A stretch of 64,000 nt of DNA from contig CAYSSE010000001.1 in the NCBI GenBank assembly GCA_964433355.1, positions 13,976 through 77,975 of the forward strand, written 5' to 3'. Positions 9,475 to 18,029 of this stretch are shown in pieces (positions within the stretch are counted from its first letter, which is position 1; every line of letters starts with the position of its first letter). The stretch is from an uncultured Desulfocicer sp. Lineage in GTDB: Bacteria; Desulfobacterota; Desulfobacteria; Desulfobacterales; Desulfobacteraceae. The notes beneath the pieces were generated by a model. It did no database searches and was not told the DNA's origin. It saw only the letters and a program-made list of their open reading frames with translations. The translations under genes and the position numbers were made by a program.

Positions 9475-12400
9475 AAGCCTCTCTGCTTAACAGGATCAGG
9501 TAGTTGATGACTTCAAAATCATCCATTCCTCTAAAACTGTTATTATTGATCACGGTGCCACCGGGAGAAAAGAGGCTTTCCACCCCTCGTTCTTCAGCTA
9601 CCCCGGTTAACGCCTGCACGGCTTTTGATAACAGGTGCTGGAGGTGTGACATGTTGGCACCCTTACGTGTAAGGGTGCTGAGCCTTTTTATGGCTTTATC
9701 ATCAAGCTGCTTTCCATGAAGACTCATTTTTTTAAGAAAATCCAGAATCCTTCTGGTTTGGGTAAACTGAAGAACCACATTGCCGTCATCTGAAACATAC
9801 ACCAGATAATAAGGAGACAGGGCATAGGTGGTGTCTGAAACGGTTTGTGTTCCTTCATTTTTGAGACAGAAAATTACTCCCGGTGATAGCTCTGTTTTTA
9901 ATGCTTCATCAATTTCTGCAACGGCAAAAGCGCCCGGCGGTATCCGCTCCAGCAGGTTTTCATGTTCTTTTATGTAATCGGAGAGATCCATGCGAAAATC
10001 ATTGAGGGTAAGGTCTGTAATTGAAATACCTCCTTCCACATCATCAATATCAACCACTTCACTCTGTAGCTTTTCCAGTTGTTTACGGCGGTATTCCAGA
10101 TCGTTCATTTTGCCGGAGTCGCTAAATTCAATCACATTCTCTTCGCCGGTGGCTGAGATATCAAGCAAAACCATTCGGCCGGAAACCCGGGCTTCAAGGT
10201 TGATATATTCATCCAGCTCCAAATTGGGCCAGAAATTCACCAGCTGGATTTTATCGTTCCTGGAGCCCAGTCGGTCAACACGCCCGAAACGCTGAATGAT
10301 GCGAACCGGATTCCAGTGGATATCATAGTTGATGAGGTAGTCACAATCTTGCAAATTTTGACCTTCGGAAATACAGTCTGTGGCAATGAGAAGGTCTATT
10401 TCTGCCGTCAGGGACGAATCAATTTTATTACGCTCTTTTGAGAGGGGTGAAAATGAAGTGATGATTGAGGCCAGGTCTTTTCGTATGCCCGGCATCTCGG
10501 TTTTATTTTCACCTGAGCCGGTCACCAGGGCTGCATAAATCCCAAGTTCTCTGTTCGCCCATTTTGCTGTATGCTCGTAGAGATATTTTGCTGTATCAGC
10601 AAATGCGGTAAAGATAAGGATTTTTTTATTTTTGGGGTTCATGGGATGGGTCACTTTGTACTGAATTAACTCTTTGAGTTGCTTGAGCTTTTCATCCTGT
10701 GGCGCTTTCACTGCCTGTGCCCATGAAATCAGCCGTTCCAGAATTTCCCGGTCTTCTTCAAGCTCTTGTTTCCAGCGGATGGTGTCCATATCCTGAACAA
10801 GTACCTTGACCTTTTTTCCCACCACAAAGGGGGAAAAGGCATCGTCTTCAATTTCGATTTTTTCGATATCCAGCTCTTCTACGGCTGCATTGTTGTCGTG
10901 GTCGGCAATTTTCTGGATAAATCCATTCACTACGCCGAGAAGTTTTTCCAAAGTCATGGTGAAAGAATTGATGGAGCTTTCCATGCGCTTGAAAAGGTTC
11001 ACCCGTATTAAGTGGATCAAGCTCTGTTCGCGGTCAATATGCCTGAATACGGAGCCCCCCGCAACTTTCCTGTCATATTTCCGACTGTACTCTTCTGCCT
11101 TGTGCGGCAGTATGTATTTCAGCGGCGCATAGGCACTCAGGTTTAACAGACGGATCTGTCTATTGATGGTTTCAAGGGCCGGAAAACATCCATCGGTATC
11201 AATATCGGTTTTGATATTGACCGGTCGGAGCCTTTCCGGGAATTTTCCTATTTCGGTGACATCGTAGTATTTTTCAATATGCTTTCTGGAACGGGCAATT
11301 GTCAGGAGATCCAGGAGTTTGAAGTAACCAAAATTTAAGGTTTCAAGTAGTGACTCAGTGGTTCTTTCCTTATCATCTTGCTTCAACCATTCATTAAAAC
11401 GGGTTTGGGCCATTTTAAGAGTATGCTCAATGCTGACAACTCCGTTTGACTTTAATGCGTCATCTTTTGCTTCAACAATAAACGCCACCTGGTTTTTCAG
11501 GTCGTTCATCCGGTTGTTTACAGGAGTCGCCGAGAGCATAAGGACTTTTGTCTTTACGCCCGCTTTTATTATATCATTCATTAATTTTGAATAGCGGGTC
11601 AGCGAGTCATCTTTCCGTGATGGGTTATTTCTGAAGTTGTGAGATTCATCAATAACCACCAGATCATAGTTGCCCCAATTCAGGGTTTCCAGATTGATCT
11701 CACCGGACATACCACGCAACCGGGTCAGGTCGGTGTGGTTTAAAACATCATAATTGAATCTGTCCGAGACCATGATATTTCGTTTGTCATTTACAGTATA
11801 TATGGTCCAGTTTTCCCTTAGCTTTTTAGGGCATAGAACCAGAACTCTGTCGTTGCGGAGCTCATAATATTTAATGATTGCAAGGGCTTCAAATGTTTTT
11901 CCCAGCCCCACGCTGTCCGCAATGATACAGCCGTTATAGCGCTCAATTTTATCAATGGCTCCGAGGACCCCATCTCGCTGGAATTCATAAAGCTTTTGCC
12001 AGACCTGCGAACTTTTAATTCCGGTTTGGGTCTTGATGATCTTGTTTTCATCAAGTTCACCAATAACATCCCGAAAAATATTGTAGAGGGTCAGAAAATA
12101 AATTTGTTGGGGGGTTTTATCTGAATAGATAAGAGCCAAGGTGTTTTGCAGGTTTTTGGTAAAAGCATCACTATTTTGTCCAGATAGCCAGAGATCATCA
12201 AACCAGTTTTTGAGAGAACGTGTCTGCTCGTTATTATGAAAGCAGGTATTCATATGATGTGATTCTGATGGAACAATGCCTAAGCCATCCGTGGTAAAAG
12301 AAGAGCTGCCAACAATTGCAACCTGCTCATCTTTTTGGGAGTTTGATAGATGGATAAGGTTCTGATGTACCGGTGACGGTAACTGACGTACTTCACCTTT

Positions 12401-12700
12401 TTGTTGTAACCAGTCTGAACATTCCCGGGCAATACGAGTGACATCAAGGCGGTTTCTATGCTGGCGATCCAGATGGCTGCCAGATAGATCTGTTAAAAAA
12501 GCATCTTCATCGTTCAGGGTTGGTACAAGAAGGCAAAATTTATCAATTGTTGAGATTTCTTTTTTCAGCTCTTCGTAGGCATAGAGAGAAAACAAAGTGG
12601 AAACAACAGAAATGGTGCATCCGGCAGCAATATTTTCTTTGAGCTCGGAAACAACATTTCCTAAAGATTTATTATCGAGTATCCCCGCAGATTGTTTCAC
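9464..12700 (-). CDS. SNF2-family helicase with N-terminal degenerate PLD-like domain
   Basis: IADSVGLGKT, VIDESHNFRN, LSATPVNN, SEGQNLQ, WNPVRIIQRFGRVDRLG. Confidence 0.9.
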   Translation of the reverse strand: MKQSAGILDNKSLGNVVSELKENIAAGCTISVVSTLFSLYAYEELKKEISTIDKFCLLVPTLNDEDAFLTDLSGSHLDRQHRNRLDVTRIARECSDWLQQKGEVRQLPSPVHQNLIHLSNSQKDEQVAIVGSSSFTTDGLGIVPSESHHMNTCFHNNEQTRSLKNWFDDLWLSGQNSDAFTKNLQNTLALIYSDKTPQQIYFLTLYNIFRDVIGELDENKIIKTQTGIKSSQVWQKLYEFQRDGVLGAIDKIERYNGCIIADSVGLGKTFEALAIIKYYELRNDRVLVLCPKKLRENWTIYTVNDKRNIMVSDRFNYDVLNHTDLTRLRGMSGEINLETLNWGNYDLVVIDESHNFRNNPSRKDDSLTRYSKLMNDIIKAGVKTKVLMLSATPVNNRMNDLKNQVAFIVEAKDDALKSNGVVSIEHTLKMAQTRFNEWLKQDDKERTTESLLETLNFGYFKLLDLLTIARSRKHIEKYYDVTEIGKFPERLRPVNIKTDIDTDGCFPALETINRQIRLLNLSAYAPLKYILPHKAEEYSRKYDRKVAGGSVFRHIDREQSLIHLIRVNLFKRMESSINSFTMTLEKLLGVVNGFIQKIADHDNNAAVEELDIEKIEIEDDAFSPFVVGKKVKVLVQDMDTIRWKQELEEDREILERLISWAQAVKAPQDEKLKQLKELIQYKVTHPMNPKNKKILIFTAFADTAKYLYEHTAKWANRELGIYAALVTGSGENKTEMPGIRKDLASIITSFSPLSKERNKIDSSLTAEIDLLIATDCISEGQNLQDCDYLINYDIHWNPVRIIQRFGRVDRLGSRNDKIQLVNFWPNLELDEYINLEARVSGRMVLLDISATGEENVIEFSDSGKMNDLEYRRKQLEKLQSEVVDIDDVEGGISITDLTLNDFRMDLSDYIKEHENLLERIPPGAFAVAEIDEALKTELSPGVIFCLKNEGTQTVSDTTYALSPYYLVYVSDDGNVVLQFTQTRRILDFLKKMSLHGKQLDDKAIKRLSTLTRKGANMSHLQHLLSKAVQALTGVAEERGVESLFSPGGTVINNNSFRGMDDFEVINYLILLSREAYDD

Positions 12701-12906
12701 GGTTGGTCAGCCTTTGTGAGATTACTTGCCTTTCCTTGACGAACCCACGTATCAACTTCATCTTTTTTGAATTTCCAAAGACGGCCGACTTTGTGGGCAG
12801 GCATGCTTTTTTGGTTTATCCATTTATAAACAGTATCTCGTTTGATCCCGAGATATTCCCCAATTTCATCCACGGATAACCATCTGTCTTCCATTTTTGA
12901 TTCCAT
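12697..12906 (-). CDS. Excisionase-type HTH (HTH_17) regulator
   Basis: WLSVDEIGEYLGIKRDTVYKW...PAHKVGRLWKF; overlaps the helicase start by 4 nt. Confidence 0.9.
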   Translation of the reverse strand: MESKMEDRWLSVDEIGEYLGIKRDTVYKWINQKSMPAHKVGRLWKFKKDEVDTWVRQGKASNLTKADQP

Positions 12907-12952
12907 TATTCGCCCCAACGATTCGTCAATTAATTGAGCCGGACGGTATTTA

Positions 12953-13021
12953 ATAGGGTTTAATCCGACTATATCAGGTTAAGATAGGGTTAAGAATATA
13001 TAGATGAAATGAAAAAATCAA
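12953..13021 (-). promoter_or_regulatory. Putative sigma70 promoter of the R-M operon with adjacent direct repeats
   Basis: Minus strand TTGATT (13016-13021), 17 bp spacer, TATTCT (12993-12998); ATAGGGTT(T)AA-like repeats at 12953, 12973, 12984. Confidence 0.55.
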
Positions 13022-13071
13022 GGACTCTTTTCGGATCTAATATCTATAAAATTAATCCCCAAGTTTTTTCC

Positions 13072-13108
13072 TTGAACCGCTTTTAAAAACGACCTATAAT
13101 AAGACCTA
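13072..13108 (+). promoter_or_regulatory. sigma70 promoter of the TA operon
   Basis: TTGAAC (13072), 17 bp spacer, TATAAT (13095); GACCTA repeated at 13091 and 13103 as a possible operator. Confidence 0.7.
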
Positions 13109-13137
13109 AATATCACATTTAATTAGTGGGGGTCTTT

Positions 13138-13389
13138 ATGGAAGCCGTATTAGCCAACTGTTCAGCAAGTATTTCTGAATTGAAAAAAAATCCGTCAGCA
13201 TTGATTGACGCATCAGGCGGGGAACCCATTGCCATCCTAAACCACAACAAACCAACTGCTTACTTAATCCCGGCAGACACCTATCAACAGATCCTTGATA
13301 GGCTGGATGATTATGAACTTGGCCTGATTGTTAAAGGGCGTGAACATGAGAAAAACCAGGCCATTGAGATAGATATCAATGAGCTATAA
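13138..13389 (+). CDS. Type II antitoxin, Phd/YefM (StbD-like)
   Basis: ASISELKKNP, PIAILNHNKPTAYL; overlaps the toxin gene. Confidence 0.9.
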   Translation: MEAVLANCSASISELKKNPSALIDASGGEPIAILNHNKPTAYLIPADTYQQILDRLDDYELGLIVKGREHEKNQAIEIDINEL

Positions 13390-13663
13390 ACTTAGATTTT
13401 TCCCAACGGCACTGAAGGAGTGGAAAAAACTGGATAATTCCCTTCGGACACAATTCAAGAAAAAGTTGAAAGAGCGTTTGGAAACCCCTCGCGTACCTTC
13501 TGATAAGCTTTCCGGTTTTGAGAATCATTATAAAATTAAACTTAAGGTTAGTGGGTACCGACTTGTGTACGAGGTGATTGATCAAGAATTGTTTGTGCTT
13601 GTTATTGCCGTTGGAAAAAGAGAAAAAGGTGCTGTTTATGAAAAAGCACGGAAACGGCTATGA
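13379..13663 (+). CDS. relE: Type II toxin, RelE/StbE family mRNA interferase
   Basis: ALKEWKKLD, YKIKL..SGYRLVYEV, VIAVGKRE. Confidence 0.9.
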   Translation: MSYKLRFFPTALKEWKKLDNSLRTQFKKKLKERLETPRVPSDKLSGFENHYKIKLKVSGYRLVYEVIDQELFVLVIAVGKREKGAVYEKARKRL

Positions 13664-13739
13664 ACCCAAACAAAGACTCCTGTATGACTCTAAGTATTCG
13701 AACATCTCCTATGAGGAATTAATGAAAAATCAAATTTCC

Positions 13740-14504
13740 TTAAAATTTAAATAAACGTGTTTCAGTGCCTTTACTGCCTCTTTTATTAGTTTCAAAGGTG
13801 CGTTCAGCAAAATGTGTTTTTCCTTCCTTTCCCATGCGAATCACCGAAGATGAGCGGGTGCCGTAAATATCACTCTCAATAAACAAAGGGGAAAGAATTC
13901 GTTCCCATTCCATGCCAACCCCGGTGTCGGGAAGCTGATCTTCCGGTGGGTGCTGACGGTTATTCAGGAGGTTAAAGATACTCTCATCATCCAATGTTTC
14001 CTGCTGGATCAATTTTGTCAGGTGGGCTTTTCCCGTTTTCACCTTGGGCCAGGGAGAATCAATGAATCGGTTACTCAAGCCATAAATTCCGGGGGTAAGG
14101 CGGTGAATTATATTTTTATAATTGGAGTAATAGAAAAGCCCTGTGGCATCCCCCAGTATAAGATTAAATCCATTATATTCCCCTGATGAGAGGTCAACCT
14201 TTTCAAGGTGCCGCCGGGGGGACTCATCCCCACATAGAAAATCACTCACCAGGGCCCCCCGGGACGGGGCATTCTTTTTTAATCCAGCAGGATCACGAAA
14301 ATTGGTGATTCCGACAAACCTTCCCGTTTTGGTTATCCCCATCCAGGTGCCACCGCCCCTTAAATCCCTTCCGGCCAAAACCTTTGGATGATCCTCCCAC
14401 CAGCCAAGTGGCGCTGTGGGGCGGTCATAAAATTCATCCCGGTTCGCCCCAAGAATCAGGCGGTGGTCACGATGCATCTTGTATGCAAATAAAATTAAAC
14501 ACAT
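13740..14504 (-). CDS. NRDE/TANGO2 family protein
   Basis: MCLI start, ANRDEFYDRPT, GGTWMG, SRGALV, YGTRSS. Confidence 0.95.
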   Translation of the reverse strand: MCLILFAYKMHRDHRLILGANRDEFYDRPTAPLGWWEDHPKVLAGRDLRGGGTWMGITKTGRFVGITNFRDPAGLKKNAPSRGALVSDFLCGDESPRRHLEKVDLSSGEYNGFNLILGDATGLFYYSNYKNIIHRLTPGIYGLSNRFIDSPWPKVKTGKAHLTKLIQQETLDDESIFNLLNNRQHPPEDQLPDTGVGMEWERILSPLFIESDIYGTRSSSVIRMGKEGKTHFAERTFETNKRGSKGTETRLFKF

Positions 14505-14517
14505 AAATAAATTCCCT

Positions 14518-14695
14518 GTAAGTATTCAATAATCTGGGGGAATCAAGCTTGTTTAGCCCTTTAAACACCGGGTGGTCTTCAAAATAAATTTCTGACACCC
14601 GAATGTATTAGATTCTTATCTCTAATTTTCGTGTTATTTTGGCAAGAGAATAAGAAACCTTTTTTGGCTCTGGCTTGTCCAGGTTAGGAACTTAC
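14518..14695. mobile_element. MITE family A copy with a nested 76-bp insertion
   Basis: Ends GTAAGTATTCAATAA and GAACTTAC; perfect 8-bp flanking duplication AATTCCCT (14510-14517, 14696-14703); interior homologous to 27444-27546; insert 14612-14687 bounded by TTAG. Confidence 0.8.
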
Positions 14696-14877
14696 AATTC
14701 CCTGAAATCTGGTTTTAATGTTCTACTCAGAAGCCTATCCGTGAGTCGGTTAATTTTATTTTGATCGGCTGGAAATAGGCTTCTATTTTTTCACCAAGTG
14801 TAAACATAAAAAAAATAGGATGCCAATACTTTCATAATTATCTTGATTTTTTGTGAATTTTTAAAGATATTCAAAGC

Positions 14878-17454
14878 ATGAATGAAATAACGCAAAGGGG
14901 TGCACAAACCCTGAAAAATCCAGAACTGGAGTTGGCCCGGGAGTTTGTTCTGCATACAGGGTGTAATTTGTTTTTGACAGGCAAGGCAGGCACCGGAAAA
15001 ACAACCTTTTTACAAACTTTGGAAAAAGCCACTGCAAAGCAGATCATCATTACCGCCCCCACCGGGGTGGCGGCCATCAATGCGGGTGGGGTGACCCTGC
15101 ATTCTTTTTTCCAGTTGCCCTTTGGCCCCTTTGTTCCGGGAAGTGAAACCCAGGAGCACAACCGCCAGCGCATGTTTCGGTACAGCCGGGAAAAATTGAC
15201 AATCATCCGATCCCTGGATCTCCTGGTAATAGATGAAATCAGCATGGTGCGCTCGGATCTTCTGGATGCCGTGGATGCTGTGCTGCGCCGCCTCCGCCGT
15301 AACGAACGGCCCTTTGGCGGGGTGCAATTGCTCATGATCGGGGATCTGCACCAGTTACCGCCGGTGGTTAAGCAGGACGAGTGGGGACTTTTGCAGCAAT
15401 ATTATGCATCCCCCTATTTTTTCAGCAGCCAGGCCCTGCTCCAGACGGAATTGATCTCCATTGAACTACAGCATATTTACCGTCAAACCGATGCCCGGTT
15501 TATCCGGTTACTCAATCAGGTTCGGGACAACTGCCTGGACAGGGAGGGTATTGCCGCATTAAACCAACGCCATGTACAGGGGTTCACCCCAAACCCGGAG
15601 CAGGGATACATTACCCTTACCACCCATAATCTCACCGCAGAATCCATCAACCGTAATCGTTTAAACGACATTAATGGAAAACCCTCGGGCTTTGAAGCCG
15701 AGGTGTCTGGGGAGTTTCCCGGCCATAGTTTTCCCACTCCGGCTAATTTGATCCTTAAAAAGGGGGCCCAGGTGATGTTCCTACGCAATGATACATCGTC
15801 TGATAAGCGGTATTTTAACGGTAAAATCGGCAAGATTACCACCATGTCTCCAGAGGAAATCTGGATATCCTGTCCCGGAGAGAGCGATTCCATAAAAGTG
15901 GGTGCTGTGGAATGGGAAAATATCAAATACTCCATGGACGAAGAGACAAAGGAAATCCAGACCGAGGTAATTGGTAAATTCAAGCAGTTTCCTTTAAAAC
16001 TTGCCTGGGCCATCACCATTCATAAAAGCCAGGGCCTCACCTTTGATAAAGCCGTTATTGAGGCCGGGGCCGCCTTTGCCCATGGGCAGGTGTATGTGGC
16101 CTTGAGCCGGTGCCGCACCCTTGAGGGCTTGGTACTCAACTCCCCCATCCCGGCCCGGGGGATTGATGCCGATGCGACCATTCTTTCGTTTTTGGCCATG
16201 GCCCGGGAGAATCATCCCTCATTGGAAAAACTGGAATCTGCCAGGATTCAATTTCAGCAAGAGTTGCTGCTGGCATGTTTTGATTTCAAACGTCTACAGA
16301 GCCGTTTTAACTATCTCACCGGGCTGTTATCGGGCAATGCCAGGGTGGTGCAGGTTTCCGGGGTCAGTGATATTCCTGGATTGCGGCACATGGCCTGGCA
16401 GGACGTGTTTGGTGTCAGCGAAAAATTTAAACAGCAGTTAATGGGTATTTTTACCGAAGGCCATCTGCCCGAATCCCATGACCATACATTGGAGCGACTT
16501 GCCAAGGCCTCTGGCTGGTTTCAGGATAAATTTTCCCGGTGCTTTGATGATATTTTGGAAAAACTGCATGTACAAACGGACAATAAAGAACTCAGAAAAA
16601 AAATTGGCAATGCTTTAAACAATCTTAAACAGGAAATCGTTGTCAAACGGGCGGGGATTCAATGTTGTAAAAATGGTTTCTCTCCGGCCCAATACCAGCG
16701 AGCTGTGGCGGTTGCCGAAATTGATTTTATGCCGGAAAAAGCCAAACCCCAGACCCGTCCAAGCTATGGCGAGTCTGACATCGAACATCCTGAATTGTTC
16801 AAATCCATGATGGCATGGCGGAATCAAAAGGCCCAGGAGCTGGGCATTGCTCATTTTCAGATTCTTCACCAGCGGGTGTTGATTCAGATTGTGGTACATC
16901 TGCCCGATAATAAAACAGATCTCAAAAAAATCAGTGGGGTGGGGCCAAAAACCATTGCCAACTATGGCGATGAAATCACAGCCATGGTTATAGCCTACCG
17001 CAAAGCCAATAATATTGAAACAGTGATTTTAAATCCTCCCCGGGTGGTGCCGGAAGAGGTTTCCGGGGATAACGGGGATAACGAAAATCAAAAAACCGCA
17101 TCCAAAGGAAAATCCGGGGGATCAGACACCCGCCAAGTTACCTTTGATTTGTTCGTTACCAAGGGGTTGCCCGTGGCCCGCATTGCCGAAGAAAGAGGCC
17201 TTGTGGAAAGCACCATCCAGGGGCACTTGGCCTTTTTTATAGAAAGAGGGCAGCTTGACATTGAAAAGGTGATTGCCAAAGAAAAACAAAAAACCATTGA
17301 AAAGGCAGTAGCCAAAATCCAGGAACAGGATTCAGACCCGGCCGAGGTGCGCAGCGGTTTTATGAAATCCGTTAAAGAAGAGCTGGGAGATACCTGCTCC
17401 TATGGGGATATCCGGCTGGTTCTGGCCCATTTAAAGCACCAGGCTGGCGATTAA
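14878..17454 (+). CDS. Pif1-like SF1B helicase with HRDC and C-terminal HTH domains
   Basis: TGKAGTGKT, APTGVAA, IDEISMV, GDLHQLPP, AITIHKSQGLTF, YVALSR; HRDC (WRNQKAQE..ISGVGPK). Confidence 0.9.
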   Translation: MNEITQRGAQTLKNPELELAREFVLHTGCNLFLTGKAGTGKTTFLQTLEKATAKQIIITAPTGVAAINAGGVTLHSFFQLPFGPFVPGSETQEHNRQRMFRYSREKLTIIRSLDLLVIDEISMVRSDLLDAVDAVLRRLRRNERPFGGVQLLMIGDLHQLPPVVKQDEWGLLQQYYASPYFFSSQALLQTELISIELQHIYRQTDARFIRLLNQVRDNCLDREGIAALNQRHVQGFTPNPEQGYITLTTHNLTAESINRNRLNDINGKPSGFEAEVSGEFPGHSFPTPANLILKKGAQVMFLRNDTSSDKRYFNGKIGKITTMSPEEIWISCPGESDSIKVGAVEWENIKYSMDEETKEIQTEVIGKFKQFPLKLAWAITIHKSQGLTFDKAVIEAGAAFAHGQVYVALSRCRTLEGLVLNSPIPARGIDADATILSFLAMARENHPSLEKLESARIQFQQELLLACFDFKRLQSRFNYLTGLLSGNARVVQVSGVSDIPGLRHMAWQDVFGVSEKFKQQLMGIFTEGHLPESHDHTLERLAKASGWFQDKFSRCFDDILEKLHVQTDNKELRKKIGNALNNLKQEIVVKRAGIQCCKNGFSPAQYQRAVAVAEIDFMPEKAKPQTRPSYGESDIEHPELFKSMMAWRNQKAQELGIAHFQILHQRVLIQIVVHLPDNKTDLKKISGVGPKTIANYGDEITAMVIAYRKANNIETVILNPPRVVPEEVSGDNGDNENQKTASKGKSGGSDTRQVTFDLFVTKGLPVARIAEERGLVESTIQGHLAFFIERGQLDIEKVIAKEKQKTIEKAVAKIQEQDSDPAEVRSGFMKSVKEELGDTCSYGDIRLVLAHLKHQAGD

Positions 17455-17455
17455 A

Positions 17456-17770
17456 TCATCCGCCGCCGTTGTAAACGTCATTATAACTGACAAAGGCTCT
17501 TTTGTATCCCCATTTAAACCCATTAATATAGGCATTGGAGAGGGGGCCTTCCATTTGTTTTAAATGTTTGTTGGTATTTTTTTTTATGATAAACACATTT
17601 GAAGATTTACTAATGTTACCCTGAATGTCGAGTACATCTTGTTTGGCGATCTCCTCACCGGCAGATACTCCCGCATAATAGTCGCCGTTGGATGATTTTG
17701 TTCCCATATTTTGACATGATAGGGTCAGCAAAAAGAGCGAACAAACAATAAAAAATGCATAAATTTTCAT
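17456..17770 (-). CDS. Small hypothetical lipoprotein
   Basis: GGAGG RBS, signal peptide ending in lipobox LTLSC. Confidence 0.7.
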   Translation of the reverse strand: MKIYAFFIVCSLFLLTLSCQNMGTKSSNGDYYAGVSAGEEIAKQDVLDIQGNISKSSNVFIIKKNTNKHLKQMEGPLSNAYINGFKWGYKRAFVSYNDVYNGGG

Positions 17771-17809
17771 CAATTTCCTCCTTTAAAAATTGGGATTATT
17801 AACAATTTT

Positions 17810-17937
17810 GGGGTGCCCTAAGATGGGCCAAGATACGGATACGGAATATATATCATTGCCAATTATCTGTAATTAATAACTTTATTTTTAGATCGAAAGA
17901 AAATTACTTCAAATTAGCCCATGTTATGACCAACTCC
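17810..17937. mobile_element. MITE family B copy (degenerate)
   Basis: Homologous over its length to 30404-30532; right end CCCATGTTATGACCAACTCC; flanks ACAATTTT/AAAATTTT (7/8 match). Confidence 0.7.
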
Positions 17938-18029
17938 AAAATTTTCTTCCATCGGTCATAACCTACTTGAATCTTATCATGCCACCAAAGCAAAACTCAA
18001 GTGTCAGCTTGATTTTTCCAGGAAGATAT

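Noticed and set aside
12697-12906. Excisionase as evidence of a prophage or ICE
   Set aside because: No integrase, att site, tRNA or structural genes; the HTH is coupled to the R-M operon
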